A stretch of 34,891 bases of DNA from a virus: the IMG/VR virus record IMGVR_UViG_3300045988_059671, positions 1-34,891 of that record. One strand, 5' to 3'. Made by a program: the position numbers and the translations under genes. Below the pieces are notes generated by a model that saw nothing but the letters and a program-made list of their open reading frames with translations, had not been told where the DNA came from and ran no database searches. Positions 25,649 to 33,648 of this stretch are shown one piece after another; position 1 is the first letter of the stretch, and each line of letters starts with the position of its first letter.

Positions 25649-26037
25649 AGCCCTAAGTCCTCTAAGGTGTATTCCCTTCCTTCTTCCATACCTTTGTACA
25701 TTGTGCCTTTTTCAAAGTATGGAAATGCAATAGATTCATCTTCCAAGAAAAATTTTAAAAATTCTCTTTTATGAACTATTTTTTTAACACATTTAACTCT
25801 ATCTCTAAACGGCTTGATAACCGCTGATAAATAAGCATTTTCTTTTTCAGTTAGAATATTTGGAATATATTCTGCTTCCAACCATTTTGTGAAAGTACTG
25901 CATGTTGAAATAGAACCGCTAAAAAACTCTCTATAAATTTCCATAGAAGTGTAATAAATAACAAAATCATATCCACCCCTATCCACTTCAAGATCGTATG
26001 AAATATCTCTTAAATCATATTTTTCTTTGTTCTTCAT
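25645..26037 (-). CDS. Hypothetical protein, tandem paralog A (MKNKEKY family)
   Basis: 130 aa. 4-nt overlap with paralog B. Confidence 0.55.
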   Translation of the reverse strand: MKNKEKYDLRDISYDLEVDRGGYDFVIYYTSMEIYREFFSGSISTCSTFTKWLEAEYIPNILTEKENAYLSAVIKPFRDRVKCVKKIVHKREFLKFFLEDESIAFPYFEKGTMYKGMEEGREYTLEDLGL

Positions 26038-26059
26038 AAGTTTTCCTTATCCTTTCCTT

Positions 26060-26827
26060 TTACAAAATCAAACTTTGCTGTACATCTTTTAAAATTTTCT
26101 GCTTTGCTAATTTGTAATAGTCTTTCTTGATTTCAAAACCGTAACAAGATCTATTTATTTCTGCACATGCTCTTAGTGTTGAGCCACTACCAGCGCAAGG
26201 GTCAATAACCACATCGCCCTCGTCTGTAAATATTTCTATTAGTTGCTTCAATAACTGTACTGGCTTCTGTGTAGGGTGTATCTTCGGTGTTTGTGTATCT
26301 CTTTCCCACTTAAACCAGTTGAATATCATGCGATTGTTGTTATTAAATTTCGGTAATTTATCACGGTACAAAACAACCGCATACTCAGTAGCGCCGACTA
26401 TCTTCATATTTGCCTTTAGCACTTGTCCTGAATAGTTTTTTACAAATACAAGCGGATAACTTTTCATAAATCCGTATTTCTTGCCATATTCGATGATTTG
26501 TTGCATCTGCTCAAAGGCACAGAACACGATCATTGCTGGCGCTTTCCCTGCTTCTTTTGGCTCTTTAATTAGCATCTTTGAGCAAAAGTGCATGTATTCA
26601 GGAATTTTGAAATAACCGTCTGTATCAAAGAAAGCTGATTTTGCTTTCTTGCTTTCACCGTTCTTGTTGTCCCCCCCCACATACCAAGACGGACTACTTG
26701 CATATGCATTTTCAGCCAAGTTATACGGAATATCAGCAATAACCAATTGTGCTTTTGGTATTTGATAGCGTTTGTAATTTTGAAAGCTATCGTTAAACAA
26801 CTCTATTTTCTGCTGTTTTGTTCTCAT
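26060..26827 (-). CDS. Orphan DNA methyltransferase (beta-class N6-adenine/N4-cytosine MTase, ParB-MTase-like)
   Basis: Motif IV-like IADIPYN near the N-terminus and motif I VVIDPCAGSGST near the C-terminus (beta-class order). No adjacent restriction gene. Confidence 0.8.
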   Translation of the reverse strand: MRTKQQKIELFNDSFQNYKRYQIPKAQLVIADIPYNLAENAYASSPSWYVGGDNKNGESKKAKSAFFDTDGYFKIPEYMHFCSKMLIKEPKEAGKAPAMIVFCAFEQMQQIIEYGKKYGFMKSYPLVFVKNYSGQVLKANMKIVGATEYAVVLYRDKLPKFNNNNRMIFNWFKWERDTQTPKIHPTQKPVQLLKQLIEIFTDEGDVVIDPCAGSGSTLRACAEINRSCYGFEIKKDYYKLAKQKILKDVQQSLIL

Positions 26828-27275
26828 GTACTCTGTTCCACACTTTCTCTATTTCTTCATCTGTTAGTGGTGTGTTATCAGCATATTCATTCCACCACTT
26901 CACTAATTCATCTTTTGTATCAACATCATGTGTAGCAATAAGTACAGCACAATCTAGCAATATTTCACGTCTTGTTCTCTGCTTTCCAGCTATTGCTAGT
27001 GGTTGCTGTTTTTCTTCTAACATCTGCGCCCACATGTACTCAGGCATTGCTTTTGCCTTTGTTCTTAGTTGAGCTGCCGTTGGTGGATAGCCCGTTCTAT
27101 CGTTTCTTAGATAGTCTTTTAAAGCACCCACCACGGCTAATTGTTCAATGTCACTCAGTGCTAATACAAATGAGTTGTAAATCTCTATGATTTCTTCTTT
27201 TTCTTTTCGTGCGTAATATTCAGGAAAGCGACTTCTTAAAGTCTTCAGTAAGTCTTTAATCTGTGTTTCTTGCAT
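26793..27275 (-). CDS. Hypothetical protein, possibly replication-associated
   Basis: 160 aa. Start overlaps the replisome-organizer stop by 1 nt. No ATPase motifs seen. Confidence 0.4.
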   Translation of the reverse strand: MQETQIKDLLKTLRSRFPEYYARKEKEEIIEIYNSFVLALSDIEQLAVVGALKDYLRNDRTGYPPTAAQLRTKAKAMPEYMWAQMLEEKQQPLAIAGKQRTRREILLDCAVLIATHDVDTKDELVKWWNEYADNTPLTDEEIEKVWNRVHENKTAENRVV

Positions 27276-28021
27276 TAGAACGGTAACTCATACAAATTCA
27301 TGTCCACTTCATCATTCCAGCGTTCACCATTTAGCCATGTTGTTGGCATAGGTATATACTTTGTGTCTTTCTTAGCCCACACAGGAAGTACGTTTCTGAG
27401 TCCGTCCATGATTTCTTTGTATTCCTTTTCGTTAGTGCATAGTTTTAAGAATTTCTGCTTTGCCTTTTTCTTGTCTTGATGCTTAGGGTAAATTTCCCAA
27501 AAACTCTCAAACCACATTTCTTTTTGATCTAAAACTTCAATTTCTGAATTTTCGTTGCACGATATATTGTTTTTATTATTCTTATCTATACTAACCTTAC
27601 CTATACTAACCTGTGGCAACCGTTCGGCAACCATTTGGCAACCAGTTGGCAACCGTTCGGCAACCGCATCATTACTATCAGGGAATTTATACGCGCCATT
27701 CTCACTAACTTTTAGCATTGCCATTTCATTTTTGAATGCTGTAGGCGTGTATCTGTCTTTTCTTAATGCATTAGCCATGCGCCAATGTTTAATCACGATA
27801 ACGCCACTATCAAATTGATAAATGTATCTATTCTTCAGTAAGGCTTCAAGGTCTGTAACGCTTGCATGCGCCTTGAACATTGAAGCCGTGATTTGATTGC
27901 AAAAGCCGTCATCATCTGCATTCATGGATAGATGCAAATACAGCGCTTGAGCTGGTGAGGATAGATTTAAGAAATGGTCATCATCTGTGATTTTCTTGGT
28001 AAACATTCTTCTTTCTGCCAT
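27275..28021 (-). CDS. Replisome organizer / replication initiator (N-terminal organizer domain, C-terminal DnaD-like region) containing the iteron origin
   Basis: 248 aa. N-terminus MAERRMFTKKITDDDHFLNLSSPAQALYLHLSMNADDDGF is organizer-like. The central region encodes the VAERLP x2 repeat from the iterons. C-terminus ends ...LYELPF. Confidence 0.6.
   Translation of the reverse strand: MAERRMFTKKITDDDHFLNLSSPAQALYLHLSMNADDDGFCNQITASMFKAHASVTDLEALLKNRYIYQFDSGVIVIKHWRMANALRKDRYTPTAFKNEMAMLKVSENGAYKFPDSNDAVAERLPTGCQMVAERLPQVSIGKVSIDKNNKNNISCNENSEIEVLDQKEMWFESFWEIYPKHQDKKKAKQKFLKLCTNEKEYKEIMDGLRNVLPVWAKKDTKYIPMPTTWLNGERWNDEVDMNLYELPF
27586..27665. repeat. Candidate origin of replication: 5 iterons GGCAACCnnnn at exact 11-bp period plus 2x CTATACTAACC, inside the organizer gene
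   Basis: ctatactaaccttacctatactaacctgtGGCAACCgttcGGCAACCatttGGCAACCagttGGCAACCgttcGGCAACCgcat. Confidence 0.65.
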
Positions 28022-28032
28022 ATATGAACCTC

Positions 28033-28485
28033 TTAGAATGGCAACTCGTCAGAATTGATTTCATATCCGTTTAGGTAGTCTTCCATTGGATCATTTGCTT
28101 GTGTAGTTTCATTCTGTGCTTGTTGCTGTGGCTGAGTTTGTGCCTGTGCTTGTCTTGGCTGTGTACTGTGCAAGATTGATACAGAATTAGCAATGATTTC
28201 AGTTACATAAACTTTTTGCCCGTCACGATCATAGCTGCGTGTCTGAATTCGTCCCTCAACACCTACCGTGTCGCCCTTGTGGGAATATTGCCCTAGAAAG
28301 TCAGCACTTCCACGCCATGCAACGCAACTGATGAAGTCCGCCGATTGTTCGTTATTGTTTCTTTGTTCCTGTGATAATCGTCTATCACATGCAACGGTGA
28401 ATGATGCAACAGATAGTCCACTTTGTGTCTTTCTTATCTCAACATCTTTTGTTAGTCTTCCGACCAAAACCACATTATTTATCAT
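28033..28485 (-). CDS. ssb: Single-stranded DNA-binding protein
   Basis: OB-fold N-terminus (MINNVVLVGRLTKDVEIRKTQSG...), Q/A-rich linker, acidic C-terminal tip ...SDELPF. Confidence 0.9.
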   Translation of the reverse strand: MINNVVLVGRLTKDVEIRKTQSGLSVASFTVACDRRLSQEQRNNNEQSADFISCVAWRGSADFLGQYSHKGDTVGVEGRIQTRSYDRDGQKVYVTEIIANSVSILHSTQPRQAQAQTQPQQQAQNETTQANDPMEDYLNGYEINSDELPF

Positions 28486-28753
28486 GTCTGAATTTCCTCT
28501 TTTCTTTTAGATTGCAATTATCGGTGTAATCGTCCATTTTGTAAGTCATTTTTCGCTGTAAATTTTCGTTAGTGTGTACCGTTCCAAAATAGGCACGTTC
28601 TAGCGCTGTAACGGCTTCACCCAACCTAACTGGTTGCATGTTCATCAATTCTTTTTCTAACAGTTGCAATGTAGCCAAGTGTGTATGAGAACACTTTTTC
28701 ATTGCTTCCTGAATAATCTTTAAGACTTCAAATTTCTTAACGTATTCAGTCAT
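28475..28753 (-). CDS. Hypothetical protein (start at MTEYVKK, ATGA-coupled)
   Basis: 92 aa from an internal ATG. Overlaps the upstream stop. Confidence 0.4.
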   Translation of the reverse strand: MTEYVKKFEVLKIIQEAMKKCSHTHLATLQLLEKELMNMQPVRLGEAVTALERAYFGTVHTNENLQRKMTYKMDDYTDNCNLKEKRKFRHDK

Positions 28754-29087
28754 TTTTAGTCCACTCTCTGCTTGCCTGTGCATCTAACACTCGCATCTGT
28801 AATTTGATTGAATTGATTTTGTTTTCCAGCATTTTATATCGGCTTTCGCATATATCGCGTTTTTGGCGCAATTCAGCGACTTCAGCATGTCCCTTGATAA
28901 AAGTACTTATCATGGTAACTGGCACGCCCTGTGCGCGTTCTATGAGCGCCTGAGCGCGTAATTTGATTTGATAGTTGGCTTCGCTGTTCGCTAACTCAAT
29001 TCCAGCTTTATAAAAATCCTCGATTGTAACGTTTAATGTATTGGCTAGTTTTTCTATTTCTAGCCACATGTCATAGTCTTTGTTCAT
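28746..29087 (-). CDS. Hypothetical protein
   Basis: 113 aa helical protein. Confidence 0.4.
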   Translation of the reverse strand: MNKDYDMWLEIEKLANTLNVTIEDFYKAGIELANSEANYQIKLRAQALIERAQGVPVTMISTFIKGHAEVAELRQKRDICESRYKMLENKINSIKLQMRVLDAQASREWTKND

Positions 29088-29362
29088 AGGTAATTTTTAT
29101 GAAATACCTCCATAAATTTTTCGTGGCCATACAACTTTTCAAAGGCTTCTTGTGCCTTTCGCTGTAATGCATAGCGTAATGACGGCTTTGTTGTATGTAA
29201 TGCATTGTGTACTTCAGGATTGAGCCATACCCACAATCCCCACTCATCACACTTCTTGCGATTTGCTGTGCCACAAATGCAATGGTGTAAGCACACGTTG
29301 TATGATCCAGTGATAAAGCATTTCTTCTCTGTCTGAAGAATGCTATCAGTACGCTGTTTCAC
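29084..29362 (-). CDS. Small HNH-type endonuclease-like protein
   Basis: 92 aa with Cys/His cluster CLHHCICGTANRKKCDEWGLWVWLNPEVHNALH. Confidence 0.45.
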   Translation of the reverse strand: MKQRTDSILQTEKKCFITGSYNVCLHHCICGTANRKKCDEWGLWVWLNPEVHNALHTTKPSLRYALQRKAQEAFEKLYGHEKFMEVFHKNYL

Positions 29363-29936
29363 TATCAGTAACCACCTTTAAGAGTTCCTTTTCGTCTAGC
29401 AATTCAACCTCGTACAGTTGTCCTAAGTCTTTCTTAGGAAGCCACACACAATAGGCTTTTTCTATCTTTTCACCTGTCATTTGTTCATACGCCATTTTGT
29501 ATAGCGTTAGCTGGTAACTTAAGTACAACGGGTGGTACTGGTATGTAGTTTTAATGTCAATGATTGCATGTTTCCCGTCCACCGTCCCAATCATGTCATA
29601 CGTGCCACAATACAACGGGTTTCCCTCGTGGTAGTAAACCATAGGCTGTTCACATGCTTGTATGTCGATACCGTTCTCTTCCTGAAGCGTTTTAAAGCGC
29701 TTTAATGCTATGCTTTCGTAAGAATGAGTATTGTATCGTCCGTCCACGTTTTCGCCCAAGGAATAGCGTTCTATGAGGTCATGGACTGTGTTTCCATAAT
29801 CTGCTTTAGCGTTGAGGATATATTGAGGGATATTTGAGTACATATCCCCCATAAGTCCTCTAATTATCTGTGTAGCGGACGGTGTAATAATTCCGTCCAC
29901 TAAGTACACATGATAGTCAGGTATGAATTCAATCAT
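29346..29936 (-). CDS. PD-(D/E)XK (RecB/Cas4-like) nuclease
   Basis: 196 aa. Motif II-like GTVDG and motif III IIDIKTT (D-x-K). Sits next to the ERF gene. Confidence 0.55.
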   Translation of the reverse strand: MIEFIPDYHVYLVDGIITPSATQIIRGLMGDMYSNIPQYILNAKADYGNTVHDLIERYSLGENVDGRYNTHSYESIALKRFKTLQEENGIDIQACEQPMVYYHEGNPLYCGTYDMIGTVDGKHAIIDIKTTYQYHPLYLSYQLTLYKMAYEQMTGEKIEKAYCVWLPKKDLGQLYEVELLDEKELLKVVTDSETAY

Positions 29937-30250
29937 TTATAAGTCAATCGGACACTTGCTTTGACTTCACTCGCCTTTGTATAGAAGTCATAAATGCCCT
30001 CTTCTTTCATTTTGGCTGTATCAACGGAAACACGCTGTGTAGGCGCAACATAAGAGATTTTGACATCTTCGTTTTCAAATGACTTAATGCCGTGTTCTTC
30101 CATTGCCTTTTGAATTGCTTGCTTGATTTCCTTTTCTTGATTGTCCATTTCTTGCTTGGTAATTTGAAATTCCTTTAACTTTTGCAACGCAAAGCGTACC
30201 GCTTCAGGTAATTCAATGTGATTTTCAACGATTTTGATTTCATTACTCAT
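29933..30250 (-). CDS. Hypothetical protein
   Basis: 105 aa, coupled between ERF and the nuclease. Confidence 0.4.
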   Translation of the reverse strand: MSNEIKIVENHIELPEAVRFALQKLKEFQITKQEMDNQEKEIKQAIQKAMEEHGIKSFENEDVKISYVAPTQRVSVDTAKMKEEGIYDFYTKASEVKASVRLTYK

Positions 30251-30935
30251 TAGGTGTTTCCTCTTCTTTCTTATCTTTGCTAAATGTCTTGATTGCTTCG
30301 CTTGCTTGCATCATTGTTAGGTCTTTGATTTCTTGTACATGGTAGTATTCAAGCATCTTCTTTATACGTTCGGGATCTTGTGCCGATAGAATTTTTACTT
30401 GCCCTAACGATGCTAATGCCAGCTGTTTTTGTGTTGTTGGCTTTTCTTCTTTAGATTTATCCTGTGCATCTTGTGCATCGTTTTCGGCAATTTCCATTGC
30501 TTCTAGCCATAAGTAACGGCGCATGTATGTATGTTTTGCACCTAATACTTGAATTGTTGATGCGCCGTTAACAGCCGCTTCTGCTGTGCTTGCTTCAAAA
30601 GATACAATGTCATTTGGATTGTCAGCATTGACGATGTCCATGTACGCCGTTTCAATGCCTAAATCATTCGGCTTGATTTTGAAAACTGAAACAAGGTTCA
30701 AATCCTTAAAAATCTTGGTGATTTCTGAAATGAAGTCGCTTAGTTCAAAGTAAGAAAATCCCGAAAACTTATTGAAGCCTGATTTCTTCAAAGGTCGATT
30801 GCCTAATTCTGCACGTGCAATCGCTAATTTTTGATAAACGTTCATTTCATTAGTCTTTGCTTTAACTTCTTTCTTTGGTTCTGCTTTTGTTGTAGGCTTG
30901 CTATCTTGCAAGAAAATTGTGTCTTGATTGTCCAT
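30243..30935 (-). CDS. erf: ERF-family single-strand annealing recombinase
   Basis: 230 aa. NVYQKLAIARAELGNRPLKKSGFNKFSGFSYFELSDFI matches the ERF N-terminal core. Acidic/polar C-terminal tail. Confidence 0.65.
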   Translation of the reverse strand: MDNQDTIFLQDSKPTTKAEPKKEVKAKTNEMNVYQKLAIARAELGNRPLKKSGFNKFSGFSYFELSDFISEITKIFKDLNLVSVFKIKPNDLGIETAYMDIVNADNPNDIVSFEASTAEAAVNGASTIQVLGAKHTYMRRYLWLEAMEIAENDAQDAQDKSKEEKPTTQKQLALASLGQVKILSAQDPERIKKMLEYYHVQEIKDLTMMQASEAIKTFSKDKKEEETPNE

Positions 30936-30951
30936 TATTTATTCCTCCTGT

Positions 30952-31194
30952 TTATACTTGTTTCAAAACATCACGGATAATTGCTTTCCATGAGTCCATT
31001 GCAACGTTTACTTTGATTTCATGATCATTGCTGTATGTAACTGTTACTGTTTTGGCGGCTTCCCTAAATTCCATATCTCTTTCGTCCCAGTTTATTTTTA
31101 CTGTTTTGATTTTGCTATCTGCCGCCTTTAGCACTGTTTCAAGTGCAAATTCAAATTCTCTTCTTTGATTATCTGTTTTCATTTTTCCCCTCAT
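30952..31194 (-). CDS. Hypothetical protein
   Basis: 80 aa. Confidence 0.4.
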   Translation of the reverse strand: MRGKMKTDNQRREFEFALETVLKAADSKIKTVKINWDERDMEFREAAKTVTVTYSNDHEIKVNVAMDSWKAIIRDVLKQV

Positions 31195-31405
31195 GTACTG
31201 GTAAGCGTTTGACTTGTTCTAACTTGTCGTAAGTAAGCAACTTGTGACTTAGTTCGATGTTTACTTCAAACGCCTTTTGGTTAAGTTCTGCTAACTTGCT
31301 GATTTTTCTTTGCAAGTCTTCAGTTTGCTTTTCATACCGCTTTGCTTCTTCAATCAGCATGCGGTTTTGTTCTTTTAATCGGTTATATCTTGCTTGTAAA
31401 TCCAT
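31169..31405 (-). CDS. Hypothetical coiled-coil protein (start at MDLQARYN)
   Basis: 78 aa from an ATG with GGAGGG RBS. The longer 107-aa ORF lacks an RBS. Confidence 0.4.
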   Translation of the reverse strand: MDLQARYNRLKEQNRMLIEEAKRYEKQTEDLQRKISKLAELNQKAFEVNIELSHKLLTYDKLEQVKRLPVHEGKNENR

Positions 31406-31503
31406 TTCTTTTACCCTCCCAATCCACTTTTCTAATGTGTTTTGGCTTTTTCTGTGGTTTTTCGTATTTGTTATTAAATTCAGGATTGCCAAGTTTAACT
31501 ATT

Positions 31504-31665
31504 TCAATCTTCTTCATGGTCTATTTCCTCGACTTCTTCCACGTCTTCACTATCGCAATATGGACATGTTCTGTATTCTCTGTATGAGTAGTCTATGTAG
31601 CCATAATGGCTGTTCATGTCATCGTCATTGAATATCCTTTGACAATGCGTGCATATCATCTTCAT
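31504..31665 (-). CDS. Small zinc-ribbon protein
   Basis: 53 aa, MKMICTHCQRIF...RTCPYCDSEDVEE (CxxC...CxxC). Confidence 0.35.
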   Translation of the reverse strand: MKMICTHCQRIFNDDDMNSHYGYIDYSYREYRTCPYCDSEDVEEVEEIDHEED

Positions 31666-31669
31666 AGCC

Positions 31670-31810
31670 TTACTCTGCCATTTCTTCAGCTGTCAAAGGA
31701 CGTTGGGAATAAGAGTATTGAAGTACAGCGTTGCCTAGCATATATGCGATGAATGCAAGCCCTAGAACCACGACTAATGCTGTTTTAATTGTGTTTTGTA
31801 GTGTTTTCAT
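31670..31810 (-). CDS. Small membrane protein (46 aa)
   Basis: MKTLQNTIKTALVVVLGLAFIAYMLGNAVLQYSYSQRPLTAEEMAE. Single TM. Start abuts the upstream stop. Confidence 0.35.
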   Translation of the reverse strand: MKTLQNTIKTALVVVLGLAFIAYMLGNAVLQYSYSQRPLTAEEMAE

Positions 31811-31812
31811 AG

Positions 31813-32085
31813 TTAGTTCATCTTCTTCCCAAACGCCTTTTTTATCACGTCTTCCGTATGTGTTCTACCGTCCTTATTCGACGTCAAACTCTCTTCAAGT
31901 TCTTCAGGGCTTTCAAAATCCTGTCTTTCGACATCTGAAATCGTTTCTATTAAATCCGCCATTTGTTCAACTTCAGGATTTCTCTTAATGAATTCTCTAA
32001 TTGCCAAAAGTTCTTGTGCTAAATCAAGCGCGCTTCCCTCTGCTTGAAATGCAACTTCACCGCCACGATTTTCTGCTTTAATCAT
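31813..32085 (-). CDS. Hypothetical acidic protein
   Basis: 90 aa. Confidence 0.4.
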   Translation of the reverse strand: MIKAENRGGEVAFQAEGSALDLAQELLAIREFIKRNPEVEQMADLIETISDVERQDFESPEELEESLTSNKDGRTHTEDVIKKAFGKKMN

Positions 32086-32136
32086 TTTTCTTTATCTCTC
32101 TTTCTGTGTTAAAATGAGAGTGATAGTTTTGGTCTA

Positions 32137-32286
32137 TCACTTGGCGCTTTCCTTTGGGGTGGGTGCGCCTTTTTTCTTTTTCCACTCTTCATATCTTGCT
32201 TTGAATTCGGGTTCGTTCTGCTTATCGTTTAGCACTTGTAACGCAAGATAGTTGAGTGATTGAATATCAGTTTTTTTGATTGCCAT
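32137..32286 (-). CDS. Small basic hypothetical protein (start at MAIKK)
   Basis: 49 aa from an internal ATG. The longer 87-aa form would overlap Ant by 134 nt. A hairpin overlaps its stop. Confidence 0.3.
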   Translation of the reverse strand: MAIKKTDIQSLNYLALQVLNDKQNEPEFKARYEEWKKKKGAPTPKESAK

Positions 32287-32974
32287 AATCTTGTAAAACC
32301 TTATTGATGAAGTACACTTGCCCTTTGCCAGTAACTCTCGTTGTGCGTGTAACTTTTGGATCATGTCCGCTTCTTTGGACTGTTCTTTCAATGACTTCAA
32401 ATAACTTCATTTCCATACTCTTCTGTGTAGGCTCGCATGAGTGTTTGAAGATATACCCGTTATCTCTTAGCCATGTCCACAAGCGATTACCGCCAATCTT
32501 CACGCCGTTTTGGCAAATCAACTTCGCAAGGTCGTATACAAGAATGCTGGTGTCCGATTGTGCAACAGCATCAGCGAATAAGGCTTTAGGCTTCATTTCC
32601 TTATTTTCCAGCTCTAATGTAGCGATTGTCTTATTAGCAATCGTCAAGGCTCTTGCCATTACTCGCTCAGGGCTATTCCATTCTTTTTCAATTTGAATGA
32701 AGTATTTTCTTACCTCTTTGCCTTTTTCTGTACGTTGTAACATTGCGATTTCTTTCGCCATATCTACTGTGATTTGTGCATCTTGTGACGGTCTTCCGCC
32801 GGTACTTTCGGACAAAAATGTCGTAAAGTCTTTTTGTGCTTCAAAACCGTATTCACACATTCTTGTAAACCAGTGATTGAAGTCTGTGCTTACTTCTAAT
32901 GCTTTGTGTAAATCTCTTGCTGATACTGTGATACGTTCTGCATTTGAAGTATCAATCTTTAATAATTCGTTCAT
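32267..32974 (-). CDS. Phage antirepressor (N-terminal Bro-N/ORF6N-like, C-terminal KilA-C/AntA-like)
   Basis: 235 aa. ...ITVSARDLHKALEVSTDFNHWFTRMCEYGF... and a C-terminal region typical of Ant/KilAC proteins. RBS GGAGG. Confidence 0.75.
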   Translation of the reverse strand: MNELLKIDTSNAERITVSARDLHKALEVSTDFNHWFTRMCEYGFEAQKDFTTFLSESTGGRPSQDAQITVDMAKEIAMLQRTEKGKEVRKYFIQIEKEWNSPERVMARALTIANKTIATLELENKEMKPKALFADAVAQSDTSILVYDLAKLICQNGVKIGGNRLWTWLRDNGYIFKHSCEPTQKSMEMKLFEVIERTVQRSGHDPKVTRTTRVTGKGQVYFINKVLQDYGNQKN

Positions 32975-33023
32975 GTTTTCCTTTCTAACCTCCTATAATT
33001 GATTTGAAGGGAGGTGAATAATA

Positions 33024-33179
33024 ATGAGTGACTTTGTTAATGAGTTAGCAATTCTTTATGTCAAAAATCATTGCGACAAGGATACAAGCCCTGCTGAGAT
33101 GTTGGAAGTGTACTTATCTGCTTATACTGAAATTAAGAAACACCAACATGACATCAAAGAAGAAAAACTAAACTCTTAA
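33024..33179 (+). CDS. Small + strand ORF (51 aa) with strong RBS, antisense to the early operon
   Basis: GAAGGGAGGTGaataataATG. MSDFVNELAILYVKNHCDKDTSPAEMLEVYLSAYTEIKKHQHDIKEEKLNS. Confidence 0.3.
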   Translation: MSDFVNELAILYVKNHCDKDTSPAEMLEVYLSAYTEIKKHQHDIKEEKLNS

Positions 33180-33337
33180 TAGATATGATTTGCTTGTTCA
33201 ACTAATTTGGCGGTTGCTTCAATAACCGCTGGCAAAATGCTTTCAGTCTGCACGCTGGAGGCATTTTCTAATTCTGCTTGTATCCAATCACACAATGCGT
33301 TGATTGTTCCTAATACTTTTCGTTCCATTTGTTCCAT
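33176..33337 (-). CDS. Small - strand ORF (53 aa) convergent with 33024..33179
   Basis: GGAGGAacgtATG. MEQMERKVLGTINALCDWIQAELENASSVQTESILPAVIEATAKLVEQANHIY. Confidence 0.3.
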   Translation of the reverse strand: MEQMERKVLGTINALCDWIQAELENASSVQTESILPAVIEATAKLVEQANHIY

Positions 33338-33370
33338 ACGTTCCTCCTTTCTTAGTTACATTTTTTGTAA

Positions 33371-33574
33371 CTATAATTCGTTAAAAAAAGCGTTTTCTGA
33401 TATTGTCTTGTCATAACGGCGTAAATAATTTAGCATCTTATCAATATCTGATTGAGTAAACATTCTTGTTTCCAACTTTTTGCGGAATGTAGGCGCTGAA
33501 GCACCGATGACTGTTGCCATTTTCTCTTTTGTAATATCAAATTTCGCCATTAAACCAATCAATTCTCTATTCAT
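33371..33574 (-). CDS. Cro-like small HTH protein (first gene of rightward/lytic operon)
   Basis: 67 aa. HTH segment KEKMATVIGASAPTFRKKLE. Divergent from the repressor gene. RBS AAAGGGG. Confidence 0.6.
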   Translation of the reverse strand: MNRELIGLMAKFDITKEKMATVIGASAPTFRKKLETRMFTQSDIDKMLNYLRRYDKTISENAFFNEL

Positions 33575-33589
33575 TATTTCCCCTTTCTA

Positions 33590-33608
33590 AGTTACCTATT
33601 AGGTAACT
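33590..33608. promoter_or_regulatory. Operator candidate: perfect 9-1-9 palindrome AGTTACCTA t TAGGTAACT
   Basis: Lies between the predicted cro -10 and its RBS. GTAAC-containing half-site copies at 33633..33640 and 33739..33746. Confidence 0.5.
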
Positions 33609-33619
33609 ACCATGTCTAT

Positions 33620-33648
33620 ATATTACTTTTTATGTAACTTATTGTCAA
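33620..33648 (-). promoter_or_regulatory. Predicted lytic (cro) promoter: -35 TTGACA, 17 nt, -10 TAATAT
   Basis: Minus-strand tttttaTTGACAataagttacataaaaagTAATATatagacatgg. Confidence 0.5.

Noticed and set aside
32086-32141. Hairpin AGTGATAG…CTATCACT overlapping the stop of 32137..32286
   Set aside because: No convincing T-run follows on the transcribed strand. It may be a weak pause/processing structure but is not solid enough to call a terminator.
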